Assembly (NCBI GenBank): GCA_002269645.1
Contig: NIVC01000667.1
Coordinates: forward strand, 124,001-188,000
DNA: 64,000 bases
Source of the DNA: Macrostomum lignano
Taxonomy: Eukaryota
Direction: 5' to 3'
In this document: piece after piece, positions 13,000 to 34,523 of the stretch
Layout of the letters: every line of letters starts with the position of its first letter
How positions within the stretch are numbered: position 1 is the first letter of the stretch
Program-made: the position numbers and the translations under genes
Notes under the pieces: model-generated
The model's database searches: none
Told to the model about the DNA's origin: nothing
Seen by the model: the letters and a program-made list of their open reading frames with translations, nothing else

Positions 13000-13607
13000 G
13001 AGACAGAGGAAGGGGTGGATCCTGAGAGGGTGAGACAGAGGAAGGGGCGAATGACAGAGGAAGGGCGGATGACAGAGGAAGGGGCGGATGACAGAAGAAG
13101 GGACGGATGACAGAGGAAGGGGCGGATGAGAGAAGAAGGGGCGGATGACAGAGGAAGGGGCGGATGACAGAGGAAGGGGCGGATGACAGAGGAAGGGGCG
13201 GATGACAGAGGAAGGGGCGGATGACAGAGGAAGGGGCGGATGACAGAGGAAGGGGCGGATGACAGAGGAAGGGGCGGATGACAGAGGAAGGGGCGGATGA
13301 CAGAGGAAGGGGCGGATGACAGAGGAAGGGCGGATGACAGAGGAAGGGGTGGATGACAGAGGAAGGGGCGGATGACAGAGGAAGGGGCGTATGACAGAGG
13401 AAGGGGCGGATGACAGAGGAAGGGGTGGATGACAGAGGAAGGGGCGGATGACAGAGGAAGGGGCGGATGACAGAGGAAGGGGCGGATGACAGAGGAAGGG
13501 GCGGATGACAGAGGAAGGGGCGGATGACAGAGGAAGGGGCGGATGACAGAGGAAGGGGCGGATGACAGAGGAAGGGGCGGATGACAGAGGAAGGGGCGGA
13601 TGACAGA
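13000..13607. repeat. 19-bp purine-rich minisatellite (GGATGACAGAGGAAGGGGC)n
   Basis: Tandem units visible; the overlapping ORFs have 19-aa periodicity. Confidence 0.96.
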
Positions 13608-14429
13608 ATCCAAGTCATTAACAAAGCTGTCACTCTTGACGCGAACTGCAGTTGTAATTAAAAATGGTAATTTCGGCCCAAGATAACTTATTCTAAATAT
13701 AAAAGCATTCTGTTCGAAATAGAGACCAAGGAAGGAAGCTTAAAATCATTGGTTTTAATCTTGAAAGGAATAGTTTGAGCTACAGGCGCACCGGGCACAT
13801 CCGCTTGTGATGTTGCAAGGTGTTGTGTATAACCCCCAGGTATCGCTGCCTTATCTGTCATAAAATTTGTAAGAAATTTTTCCAGGAAAAGCAACACACA
13901 ATGGTAATTTTAGAGCCGCGTCTACTAACTAGTTAGAATAAATAAACTAAAATGCAAGCTTTTGTGTCGGACAGTTACATTCAAGTTTGTAGAAAATGTA
14001 ATTAAGTTTCAAATTGCTAAATTTAAAAGTTTCTGCAAAGATGCCCCCTCGGAGTCGGTGTTTATCGTTTTTGCGCCTCCGTCCACCCCAATTTTACCTG
14101 GTTAAGGTCTTTAAAGATATTAAAACACTACATAATACTATGAATGGAACCAATTGTTTACTTAGTTGCTAATTCAGAGAACCGGGCCCTGGATTAAGGG
14201 GGGGGCCTCTGTTTTGCAGCAACAAAGCACCGGGCAACGGGCAATATTTGGAAGAAATATACGCAGACCCGGCTCATAAATAATACTTCCGGTGTCTGGT
14301 TGTCACCGGGATTCTGGAAAACTGACTAATTATTGTTGTAATTTTGTATTCAGATTTTATCCGCATATTGTGTTGCTTAAATGTGACAGCATTTGTGGAT
14401 GCGTCCGAGTGATCGGAATGGCTGTTGTA

Positions 14430-15360
14430 GAGTGAAAGGCTGTGTGAATATAGAGTGAAAGGCTGTGTGAATATAGACTGAAAGGCTGTGTGAATATAGA
14501 GTGAAAGGCTGTGTGAAAATAGAGTGAAAGGCTGTGTAAAAATACAGAGTGAAAGGCTGTCTGACACAGAGAGTGAAACACTGTGTGACACAGAGAGTGA
14601 AACACTGTCTGACACAGAGAGTGAAACACTGTGTGACACAGAGAGTGAAACACTGTCTGACACAGAGAGTGAAACACTGTGTGACACAGAGAGTGAAACA
14701 CTGTGTGACACAGAGAGTGAAACACTGTGTGATACAGAGAGTGAAACACTGTGTGACACAGAGAGTGAAACACTGTCTGACACAGAGAGTGAAACACTGT
14801 GTGACACAGAAAGTAAAACTCTGTGTGACACAGAGAGTGAAACACTGTGTGACACAGAGAGTGAAACACTGTCTGACACAGAGAGTGAAACACTGTCTGA
14901 CACAGAGAGTGAAACACTGTGTGACACAGAGAGTGAAACACTGTCTGACACAGAGAGTGAAACATTGTGTGACACAGAGAGTGAAACACTGTGTGACACA
15001 GAGAGTGAAACATTGTGTGACACAGAGAGTGAAACACTGTGTGACACAGAGAGTGAAACATTGTGTGACACAGAGAGTGAAACATTGTGTGACACAGAGA
15101 GTGAAACACTGTGTGACACAGAGAGTGAAACACTGTCTGACACAGAGAGTGAAACACTGTCTGACACAGAGAGTGAAACACTGTGTGACACAGAGAGTGA
15201 AACACTGTCTGACACAGAGAGTGAAACATTGTGTGACACAGAGAGTGAAACACTGTGTGACACAGAGAGTGAAACACTGTGTGACACAGAGAGTGAAACA
15301 TTGTGTGACACAGAGAGTGAAACACTGTGTGATACAGAGAGTGAAACACTGTGTGACAGA
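14430..15360. repeat. 24-bp minisatellite (GAGTGAAACACTGTGTGACACAGA)n
   Basis: Tandem units visible. The ORFs at 14274-15468 (DTESETLC etc.) are 8-aa periodic artefacts. Confidence 0.97.
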
Positions 15361-15814
15361 GTAAGAAACTGTGTACTGTATGACACAGAGGGAAAGTCTA
15401 TGTGACAAAGCTAGTGATAGACACAGAAAAATATTTAGGAGTAGCGTTGTATATTGTCCATATGTCATTTCGAGTCAAATGATTTGATTAAAAAACGATT
15501 CATGCATTTAATTAAGAAATTGTGACATCCTTGAACTGTCTATGGTGAAACAAGTTGAGCCAATATGATGCGTCTATAAATTCGTAAGCCAAAATTAAAG
15601 AAAAGAAAAACTTGATAAAACTAAGGCCACACAAAATAGCGGTTTCTGAACTAACGAGACTACAGCTTGCTTCAACCCATGCTGCATTCAGAAGAAGAGA
15701 ATGCCTACTTTACGGTAACAGTGCTGCCTGGAAGTCCCGGTGCGAACCTTTTTACTAAAAGTAGCCTGTTTATTAATTGACAACTAAAATTTTCTGGCGT
15801 TACAAAAATTTCAG

Positions 15815-18800
15815 ACAACGAGCCGGAGTTCCGGGTGTTCCCGTTTCACTCCAGCTACAATAACACGTTGGGGGAAACCATGATTAGAAGTCGAGGTGAG
15901 TGAGTGTGAGCACTTTAATACAGGCAGTGCCAGACACAAACCGAACATTTTACAACCCACTACCAGACACCCTGACCCTGACAAAACTGATCGCCCATCA
16001 GACAACCATCAGACACAAACCAACAATCGCCCATCAGACACAAACCAACAATTGCCCATCAGACACAAACCAACAATTGCCCATCAGACACCCATCAGAC
16101 ACAAACCAACAATTGCCCATCAGACAACCATCAGACACAAACCAACAATCGCCCATCAGACACAAACCAACAATCGCCCATCAGACACAAACCAACAACC
16201 ATCAGACACAAACCAACAATCGCCCATCAGACACAAACCAACAATCGCCCATCAGACACAAACCAACAACCATCAGACACAAACCAACAATTGCCCATCA
16301 GACAACCATCAGACGCAAACCAACAATTGCCCATCAGACAACCATCAGACACAAACCAACAATCGCCCATCAGACACAAACCAACAACCATCAGACACAA
16401 ACCAACAACCATCAGACACAAACCAACAACCATCAGACACAAACCAACAATTGCCCATCAGACACAAACCAACAATTGCCCATCAGACACAAACCAACAA
16501 TTGCCCATCAGACACAAACCAACAACCATCAGACACAAACCAACAACCATCAGACACAAACCAACAATTGCCCATCAGACAACCATCAGACACAAACCAA
16601 CAATTGCCCATCAGACAACCATCAGACACAAACCAACAATTGCCCATCAGACAACCATCAGACACAAACCAACAATCGCCCATCAGACACAAACCAACAA
16701 CCATCAGACACAAACCAACAATTGCCCATCAGACACAAACCAACAACCATCAGACACAAACCAACAATCGCCCATCAGACACAAACCAACAATCGCCCAT
16801 CAGACACAAACCAACAATTGCCCATCAGACACAAACCAACAACCATCAGACACAAACCAACAACCATCAGACACAAACCAACAACCATCAGACACAAACC
16901 AACAACCATCAGACACAAACCAACAATCGCCCATCAGACACAAACCAACAATCGCCCATCAGACACAAACCAACAATCGCCCATCAGACACAAACCAACA
17001 ATTGCCCATCAGACACAAACCAACAACCATCAGACACAAACCAACAACCATCAGACACAAACCAACAACCATCAGACACAAACCAACAACCATCAGACAC
17101 AAACCAACAATCGCCCATCAGACACAAACCAACAATCGCCCATCAGACACAAACCAACAATCGCCCATCAGACACAAACCAACAATTGCCCATCAGACAC
17201 AAACCAACAATCGCCCATCAGACACAAACCAACAGTTGCCCATCAGACACCCATCAGACACAAACCAACAACCATCAGACAAACCAACAATTGCCCATCA
17301 GACAACCATCAGACACAAACCAACAATCGCCCATCAGACACAAACCAACAATCGCCCATCAGACACAAACCAACAATCGCCCATCAGACACAAACCAACA
17401 ATCGCCCATCAGACAACCATCAGACACAAACCAACAATTGCCCATCAGACACAAACCAACAATTGCCCATCAGACAACCATCAGACACAAACCAACAACC
17501 ATCAGACACAAACCAACAATCGCCCATCAGACAACCATCAGACACAAACCAACAATTGCCCATCAGACACAAACCAACAATTGCCCATCAGACAACCATC
17601 AGACACAAACCAACAACCATCAGACACAAACCAACAATCGCCCGTCAGACACAAACAAACCATCCCATCAGACACCCATCAGACAAACAAACACTCACCT
17701 ACCCTACAGTTGACGAGTACTCGCAAATCCTGTGGAAGTACTTGGCCTTTCTCATTGCGATGAACGGCCTCATGCTGCTGCTCATTCTAATCCTAACTGT
17801 TTTCCTACTTCTCAACGGGGAGCAATGGCTGAGCAGCATCCGAGGCATCCAAGATGGCGGAACCGCGGGTCTCATCGACCCGAATCGCCCATCAAACACA
17901 ATTGCCCATCAGACACAAACCAACAATTGCCCATCAGACACCCATCAGACACAAACCAACAATTGCCCATCAGACAACCATCAGACACAAACCAACAATC
18001 GCCCATCAGACACAAACCAACAATCGCCCATCAGACACAAACCAACAACCATCAGACACAAACCAACAATCGCCCATCAGACACAAACCAACAATCGCCC
18101 ATCAGACACAAACCAACAACCATCAGACACAAACCAACAATTGCCCATCAGACAACCATCAGACGCAAACCAACAATTGCCCATCAGACAACCATCAGAC
18201 ACAAACCAACAATCGCCCATCAGACACAAACCAACAACCATCAGACACAAACCAACAACCATCAGACACAAACCAACAACCATCAGACACAAACCAACAA
18301 TTGCCCATCAGACACAAACCAACAATTGCCCATCAGACACAAACCAACAATTGCCCATCAGACACAAACCAACAACCATCAGACACAAACCAACAACCAT
18401 CAGACACAAACCAACAATTGCCCATCAGACAACCATCAGACACAAACCAACAATTGCCCATCAGACAACCATCAGACACAAACCAACAATTGCCCATCAG
18501 ACAACCATCAGACACAAACCAACAATCGCCCATCAGACACAAACCAACAACCATCAGACACAAACCAACAATTGCCCATCAGACACAAACCAACAACCAT
18601 CAGACACAAACCAACAATCGCCCATCAGACACAAACCAACAATCGCCCATCAGACACAAACCAACAATTGCCCATCAGACACAAACCAACAACCATCAGA
18701 CACAAACCAACAACCATCAGACACAAACCAACAACCATCAGACACAAACCAACAACCATCAGACACAAACCAACAATCGCCCATCAGACACAAACCAACA

Positions 18801-19957
18801 ATCGCCCATCAGACACAAACCAACAATCGCCCATCAGACACAAACCAACAATTGCCCATCAGACACAAACCAACAACCATCAGACACAAACCAACAACCA
18901 TCAGACACAAACCAACAACCATCAGACACAAACCAACAACCATCAGACACAAACCAACAATCGCCCATCAGACACAAACCAACAATCGCCCATCAGACAC
19001 AAACCAACAATCGCCCATCAGACACAAACCAACAATTGCCCATCAGACACAAACCAACAATCGCCCATCAGACACAAACCAACAGTTGCCCATCAGACAC
19101 CCATCAGACACAAACCAACAACCATCAGACAAACCAACAATTGCCCATCAGACAACCATCAGACACAAACCAACAATCGCCCATCAGACACAAACCAACA
19201 ATCGCCCATCAGACACAAACCAACAATCGCCCATCAGACACAAACCAACAATCGCCCATCAGACAACCATCAGACACAAACCAACAATTGCCCATCAGAC
19301 ACAAACCAACAATTGCCCATCAGACAACCATCAGACACAAACCAACAACCATCAGACACAAACCAACAATCGCCCATCAGACAACCATCAGACACAAACC
19401 AACAATTGCCCATCAGACACAAACCAACAATTGCCCATCAGACAACCATCAGACACAAACCAACAACCATCAGACACAAACCAACAATCGCCCGTCAGAC
19501 ACAAACAAACCATCCCATCAGACACCCATCAGACAAACAAACACTCACCTACCCTACAGTTGACGAGTACTCGCAAATCCTGTGGAAGTACTTGGCCTTT
19601 CTCATTGCGATGAACGGCCTCATGCTGCTGCTCATTCTAATCCTAACTGTTTTCCTACTTCTCAACGGGGAGCAATGGCTGAGCAGCATCCGAGGCATCC
19701 AAGATGGCGGAACCGCGGGTCTCATCGACCCGAATCGCAACAGTCGAGGGTACTGGGATTTCGACTCCATGCTGCCGACGCAGGCTGGGCGGAGTAAAAA
19801 AGCCACCGTGGCCACGTCCGATGCCAGTTACTATGGCAACCGCTGGCCAATTCCTGGCCGATTTCGTTTGCCCCGTCTTAGAAAACAATTGGAATTGGCC
19901 TGGGACGGAATCTTCTTTCGGTATCCGAGCAGCAGCCGCGTGCAGAAGCAAAACTAG
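15815..19957 (+). CDS. Unidentified single-pass membrane protein, 3' exons (15815-15895 and 19560-19957); upstream exons unresolved
   Basis: Exon aatttcag|AC...CGA G|GTGAGT is 81 nt, phase 1-1 (DNEPEFRVFPFHSSYNNTLGETMIRSR). It joins in frame to ccctacag|TT GAC (VDEYSQILWKYLAFLIAMNGLMLLLILILTVFLLL, one hydrophobic helix) and ends at TAG 19957. A further candidate exon is 12858-12896 (QEVHRDNVTENDT|GTGAGT). No family recognised. Confidence 0.55.
15985..19530. repeat. Compound A/C-rich minisatellite built from CCATCAGACACAAACCAACAA(T[C/T]GC) and CCATCAGACAA sub-units, present twice (15985-17680, 17889-19530)
   Basis: Tandem units of about 11, 21 and 25 bp. The 490-1237 aa ORFs here are translations of it. 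Confidence 0.96.
16049..19738. repeat. 1,850-bp tandem segmental duplication (16049-17888 = 17899-19738)
   Basis: Landmarks recur at a constant +1850 offset: 16227/18077, 16483/18333, 17699/19549 and acceptor 17710/19560. The copy includes 179 nt of unique exon sequence. Confidence 0.93.
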
Positions 19958-19961
19958 CGCT

Positions 19962-20343
<382 letters not shown>

Positions 20344-21130
20344 TGTTGTTGTTTCTTGTTGGTTGTTGTTGTACGAGTAAGCAGTAGTAAAGTGAGACAA
20401 GCGAATGAATAACGACTATAATAAATAAAAACAAACAAGATATAAAAACTAATAAAAGTTATGAAAGTGTATTTCGCTACAATATCCAGTATTCTATAGC
20501 CAAAATTTTCTCACTGATTATTACGTCTATGGAAGAAGAATCCATGCAGTTGCTTGAAAACGTTACATTTGAATTTGAATTTAGTAGCAAAATATTTAAT
20601 CCGGAAGTGCGTTAAAATCGTGAGATAATCAAATAATTGCAGCGCATTTTTTCACACAACAAAACCTTTTACGTGCAAATTACAAGTTTTTAATTAATAA
20701 TACAAATCATTACCGACACAAAACATTACTGAAACAAATCATTACTGACAATAAGGGTCACTGATGAAAATTGCTGACAATAAAAAATATTGAAACATTA
20801 TCTCTTTCCCAAATATCTGCCCATATTATCGTTAAAGTCGTACGTTTGCTCAAGTATTCCTAAGTAAGCAGAAAAATATAAAACATTAAACTTTACATTG
20901 GAGCATTCATGTGCGAACATAAAAGACATCTGAAGATAATAGCGGGATGAAAGCATTATGTTCTTCGTTTTCACATCAATTTCGTCACTAAAATATTGCT
21001 CAGTTCAAAGAGGAGAATTTCAACTCAAGTAGAAGGATGCGGAACTTGAAATTATTACAAAAACGAGTTCTTTTCGTTGATGAAAGCATTAGTGTGATAG
21101 AAAATATTTTGGCAATATAAATAAACAAAG

Positions 21131-21132
21131 GC

Positions 21133-21201
<69 letters not shown>

Positions 21202-21220
21202 GGCAGACAGACAGACAGGC

Positions 21221-21269
<49 letters not shown>

Positions 21270-21308
21270 CACAGACAGACAGGCAGACAGACAGACAGGC
21301 AGACAGGC

Positions 21309-21349
<41 letters not shown>

Positions 21350-21350
21350 C

Positions 21351-21409
<59 letters not shown>

Positions 21410-21410
21410 C

Positions 21411-21473
<63 letters not shown>

Positions 21474-21474
21474 C

Positions 21475-21517
<43 letters not shown>

Positions 21518-21518
21518 C

Positions 21519-21550
<32 letters not shown>
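21131..21550. repeat. (AGAC)n microsatellite
   Basis: Tetranucleotide run. Confidence 0.99.
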
Positions 21551-21551
<1 letters not shown>

Positions 21552-21651
21552 TACAAGCCATCACTGCCGCAAACCATCGCAGACAAAACACAGTTGGCTA
21601 AGATAAATTTTCATATTTTGCGTGTAACGGGGCTTTTCCACAGGCAGCCTC

Positions 21652-30506
<8,855 letters not shown>

Positions 30507-30761
30507 TTAATTTGCTTTCTTCTTCAAAAACACCGGCAGCAAATCTGTGCAGCATTGACTGTTGGGGTGCCAGCGCCCTGCCAAGTTGGAAATGTGCTCA
30601 GCTATAATTAGCCGTACTGAATGCGAAGGCAGTTTTCTGACAGATAAGCAATTAAGAAAACTACTGGTCGAGTCTCCAGTCTTACTAACCACATGTATCT
30701 CAATGACTGTGCAAATTTCTCAAGTCAAATGCGTGCGGTTTTTGGCCTTGCCTGCGTTCTG

Positions 30762-30774
30762 GTTGCTTAGCAAC
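30762..30774. promoter_or_regulatory. RFX X-box upstream of TTLL10
   Basis: GTTGCTTAGCAAC fits the palindromic consensus GTNRCN-N(0-3)-RGYAAC and lies 271 nt upstream of the TTLL10 ATG, a ciliary gene. Confidence 0.65.
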
Positions 30775-31125
30775 TAGTTATTATACTAAAAACGGGGAAT
30801 ATGCATACGGATAGTTGCAAGAGAAATTTGGCTTGAAGAAAAAATCCACCCCTCCCTGGCTGGAGGGTCGGCTTGTATCCTAGTGACAGCAGAGAGAGAG
30901 AGAGGGGGGAGAAGGGGAGAGTGGGAGCCAGTGTGCAGTGGTGTGCGTGTGTGTGGGCCAGCCAATCTCTAAATAGTACCTCTAAATAGGATACGGCTAC
31001 ACGCGAGGTTGAAAAATGTTGAAGCACAATAGGAATTGACTTGGATTGCATTATGGATTAGATTAATGCGTTCATCATTCAGGTTTCAGAGGGGTCTGGA
31101 TGATTGTGTTTTGGTTCATTGATTA

Positions 31126-31777
31126 GAATCTGGCGCCATTTAATAATCTATAGATTCTGGCGCCATTTAATAATCTATAGATTCTGGCGCCATTTAATAA
31201 TCTATAGATTCTGGCGCCATTTAATAATCTATAGATTCTGGCGCCATTTAATAACCTATAGATTCTGGCGCCATTTTTTCAATCTATAGATTTTTGGCGT
31301 CATTTATCAATCTATAGAATCTGGCGCCATTTTTTTCAATCTATAGATTCTGGCGCCATTTATCAATCTATAGATTTTTGGCGTCATTTATCAATCTATA
31401 GAATCTGGCGCCATTTTTTTCAATCTATAGATTCTGGCGCCATTTATCAATCTATAGATTTTTGGCGTCATTTATCAATCAATAGAATCTGCAGGCGCAA
31501 TTTATCAATCTAAAGAATCTGGCGCCATTTTTTCAATTTTAGAATCTGGTGCCATTTATCAATCTACGGAATTTGGCGCCATCTATCAATCTATAGATTT
31601 TTGGCGCCATTTATCAATCTATAGATTTTTGGCGCCATCTATCAATCTATAGATTTTTGGCGCCATTTATCAATCTATAGATTTTTGGCGCCATCTATCA
31701 ATCTATAGATTTTTGGCGCCATCTATCAATCTATAGATTTTTGGCGCCATTTATCAATCTAAGGAATCTGGCGCCAG
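31126..31777. repeat. 27-bp minisatellite (TCTATAGATTCTGGCGCCATTTAATAA)n
   Basis: Tandem units in the TTLL10-TMEM231 intergenic region. Confidence 0.95.
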
Positions 31778-33195
31778 TTTAGCTAATCGATACTAGTCTG
31801 CATTTTTACTATTCATTTTAATAATGGACCAGATATCTTACCTGCAAGTGGCAAATCTTGAGTTTGGCACTATTATATAATTATATAACGCAATTTAAGC
31901 AAAGACAAATTATTAGAACTTTCCCAGGTTGGTTAGCAGAGTTCTCTGTCTCCAAAAAAACTGAATACAGAGGTACCTGAGTATCTCAGATGTTGTGCAT
32001 TTATACTGTGTACCAACCCCTACCTGCCCGTTTGCACTGCTGCTATAATTATCGGCCTATAAAAAATGACAGTCAAAACTAACAATGGATTCGTTCTGAT
32101 GCGCCTTCTCTGTGCACAGTTTCTCTCTCTGTGTCTCTCCCTCCCCCCCTCTCATCTGCTTTTAATGCTTCAAGCAGCTTTCTCTGTCTTTCTTTAGCTT
32201 CTCTCGTCTGCAGAGCCCAGTTGCACTAGCCAAATAGGCGGTTTAGTATGCAGGGTATGCCAATGCGTAGACCAAGCTGTCTCTATGGCTCTCTAGCCGC
32301 TATCTAAACAGGAACACACTTGTGTTCAATGGAGCGATGAGAGATGCCAAAAGGCTGCCTTCCCGTTTCCTTCGCCTCGGGTAGGCATATATCGTTCAGT
32401 TGTGTAGCGCTGAGCTCATTACATTGTAGAGACCTATATGAGTCTGCCACTGCATTCTTTTATTGCCATCAGGTCGCTAATTTGAGCCCAAGAATTTGAA
32501 TTTCCACACCTTTCTGCCTCATCATCGTCATGAACTGAGCACGCGAAATAGTTTTATTGCCTAGAGAGTACGTAGGTTTCTAGAGATGCGAGATGTTAGA
32601 TCTTGCTATATGGCTGCACCCAAGGACCACTATAGTAGTTTAGTAGTCCTTGGCTGAACCTGTGCGATGCTCTGCCTCTGCTGTGCGAAGCTCGTGTAAA
32701 TAAAACAGCTAGAATGCTTATTCCGATTTATTGTCACCTACTGTATGTGCTTTTGGTACAATATATAGATGCGAACATTCAATTAAAAGTTTACAACACA
32801 AATACAAACTTTAAATCAAGACCACTGGCATATCCGCCGAGAAAAAAATAACAATAAACATGTACTTTTGAATTTTTCCTCCATACAGAAGCGAATAGCT
32901 GCTTTTCTGGAATTGTAGGAAAGAATCTTCCGTTTATGTTTTGTAAACATAACTGAAAGTGAAACTGCCATAACGGCATAACCTCAATTATATTAATTTC
33001 TAAATATTTAAATTTGCGACCGTATATAACTATCATCAAATTGCTCATTTTCTGAATTTTCATTCAGCAAACGGTTAATATTTTGATTTGCAAGTCAAAG
33101 TGTTTTACGTCCCTTGATAATACTAACAGGAACAAACAAAAGTCATGCTAGCTAATTGCAATTTACACAGGCAATTTAAAACAGAATTTCAATAT

Positions 33196-33209
33196 GTTGC
33201 CACAGAAAC
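33196..33209. promoter_or_regulatory. RFX X-box upstream of TMEM231
   Basis: GTTGCC-AC-AGAAAC fits the 14-bp X-box GTHNYY-NN-RRNAAC and lies 261 nt upstream of the TMEM231 ATG. Confidence 0.6.
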
Positions 33210-33469
33210 CGTCGCAAGTCACAAATAAAAACTAAATTGTAGCGCAATTCAATAGTTATAAAAACTATGGTCACTAATGGTAAAGAAAAATTCTTTTTTA
33301 AATAAAAAGTTACTAAAAAGTATAAGCATTTCCAAAGAAATGTCTATTTAACACGCGCCATTGTATAAGTTTAGTTTCCGAATTCCTACAGAATTAATTC
33401 TACTTGCCATTTTCAGTCAAATCAAGTTTGTCTAACAACTCGGGTTGTAAATTCCTAAGCATCAGGAAA

Positions 33470-34468
33470 ATGTTTGAGATATTCTGGCAACCTGAGATTA
33501 GAAAATACAAAGCTGGACTTTGTTCTAAGGCTTTTGTCTTTAGTTTTATGTGTGTCGCTGCTACTTTCGTTTTTCCAATAATAATTGTCTATCGTTCGCA
33601 TGGTAGGTCCTTTCGATCAACTTTACTCATTTTTGTTTGCAGCCCATTGCTCATTTTACTTGAATTCTTGACTTAATGCTTCTCTATAGATAAAAAAATA
33701 TTTCTGTTGGCAGACTTTTATTTCATTGTAGGCTTAGTAATGTTCAGTGAAATTGCATCAATTTTATAATAAGGTTTTGTGTCCAAGGTTTGATATTAAA
33801 AAGTATTTGTATTTTAAGTTGATGCACTCAAGTAGGCTGTAGTCAAGAGTAAAATATGCTATATTTACTATTTCATTTTGATTCTTTAGAATGGATATTA
33901 AAGCATAACTGAGTTAAATGTTTTATAAATCAATTTTTTTGTCGCTTGCTTAATATGTCTATATTCAGACTTCAGTTGGAAAACCATTTCAACAGTATAA
34001 CTTTAAATAAGAAGCTAAAATGCTATTCTTTCATAAAAACTTTAGTCAAACTGTATTATCTGTGTTTAGTGAGACATTTTTTGAAAAAAAATGAGCTATA
34101 AATGCAATGTGTCATTGTTTTTTATTTAACTTTATTATAAAAATGTATATTTAACTACCAACAGACAGTGATTTTGAATTTATGGTTTCATAATAGTTAT
34201 TATGAAATATATGAGGCCAATAAGTATATTGTTAATAGTTTGCTAACAGTTTAGCTAATAGTTTGTGTAAACTTCTAGTCTTCTATATAAAATAAAGCAA
34301 TACTAAAATGAAGATTATTAAGCCTATCTAAAATATAATGTTTTATTTTCCTTAGAATGCATATAAATGGTATTATAAACGATTAAAAATAGCATAAATC
34401 ATTACATATAATTTGTGCAGTCTCTGGTCTATATTGATCGATTGATGTTTACAAAGGTAATTTTTTAC

Positions 34469-34523
<55 letters not shown>

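Noticed and set aside
13688-13897. Minus-strand ORF with AAIPGGYT, resembling the pogo/DDE_1 IPGGxT..LQPLDV motif
   Set aside because: The QPLD...NxxFK continuation does not match and I found no TIRs. The same bases could instead be a + strand exon (13786-13839) that I could not place in phase.
14274-15468. Stacked 270-370 aa ORFs on both strands
   Set aside because: Periodic 8-aa translations of a 24-bp minisatellite.
15896-19613. ORFs of 490-1237 aa (QTQTNN/PSDTNQQ) that resemble mucin-like proteins
   Set aside because: All three frames are open because the A/C-rich repeat lacks stops. The region lies between a GT donor (15896) and AG acceptors, so it is intronic apart from the read-through possibility listed under findings.
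19549-19951. Several overlapping minus-strand and off-frame ORFs
   Set aside because: Shadow ORFs of the GC-rich + strand exon, whose own frame has splice support and a TM helix.
32620-32653. 13-bp imperfect inverted repeat (CCAAGGACCACTA / TAGTAGTCCTTGG) between TTLL10 and TMEM231
   Set aside because: Short, has a mismatch and no TSD; it could be chance.
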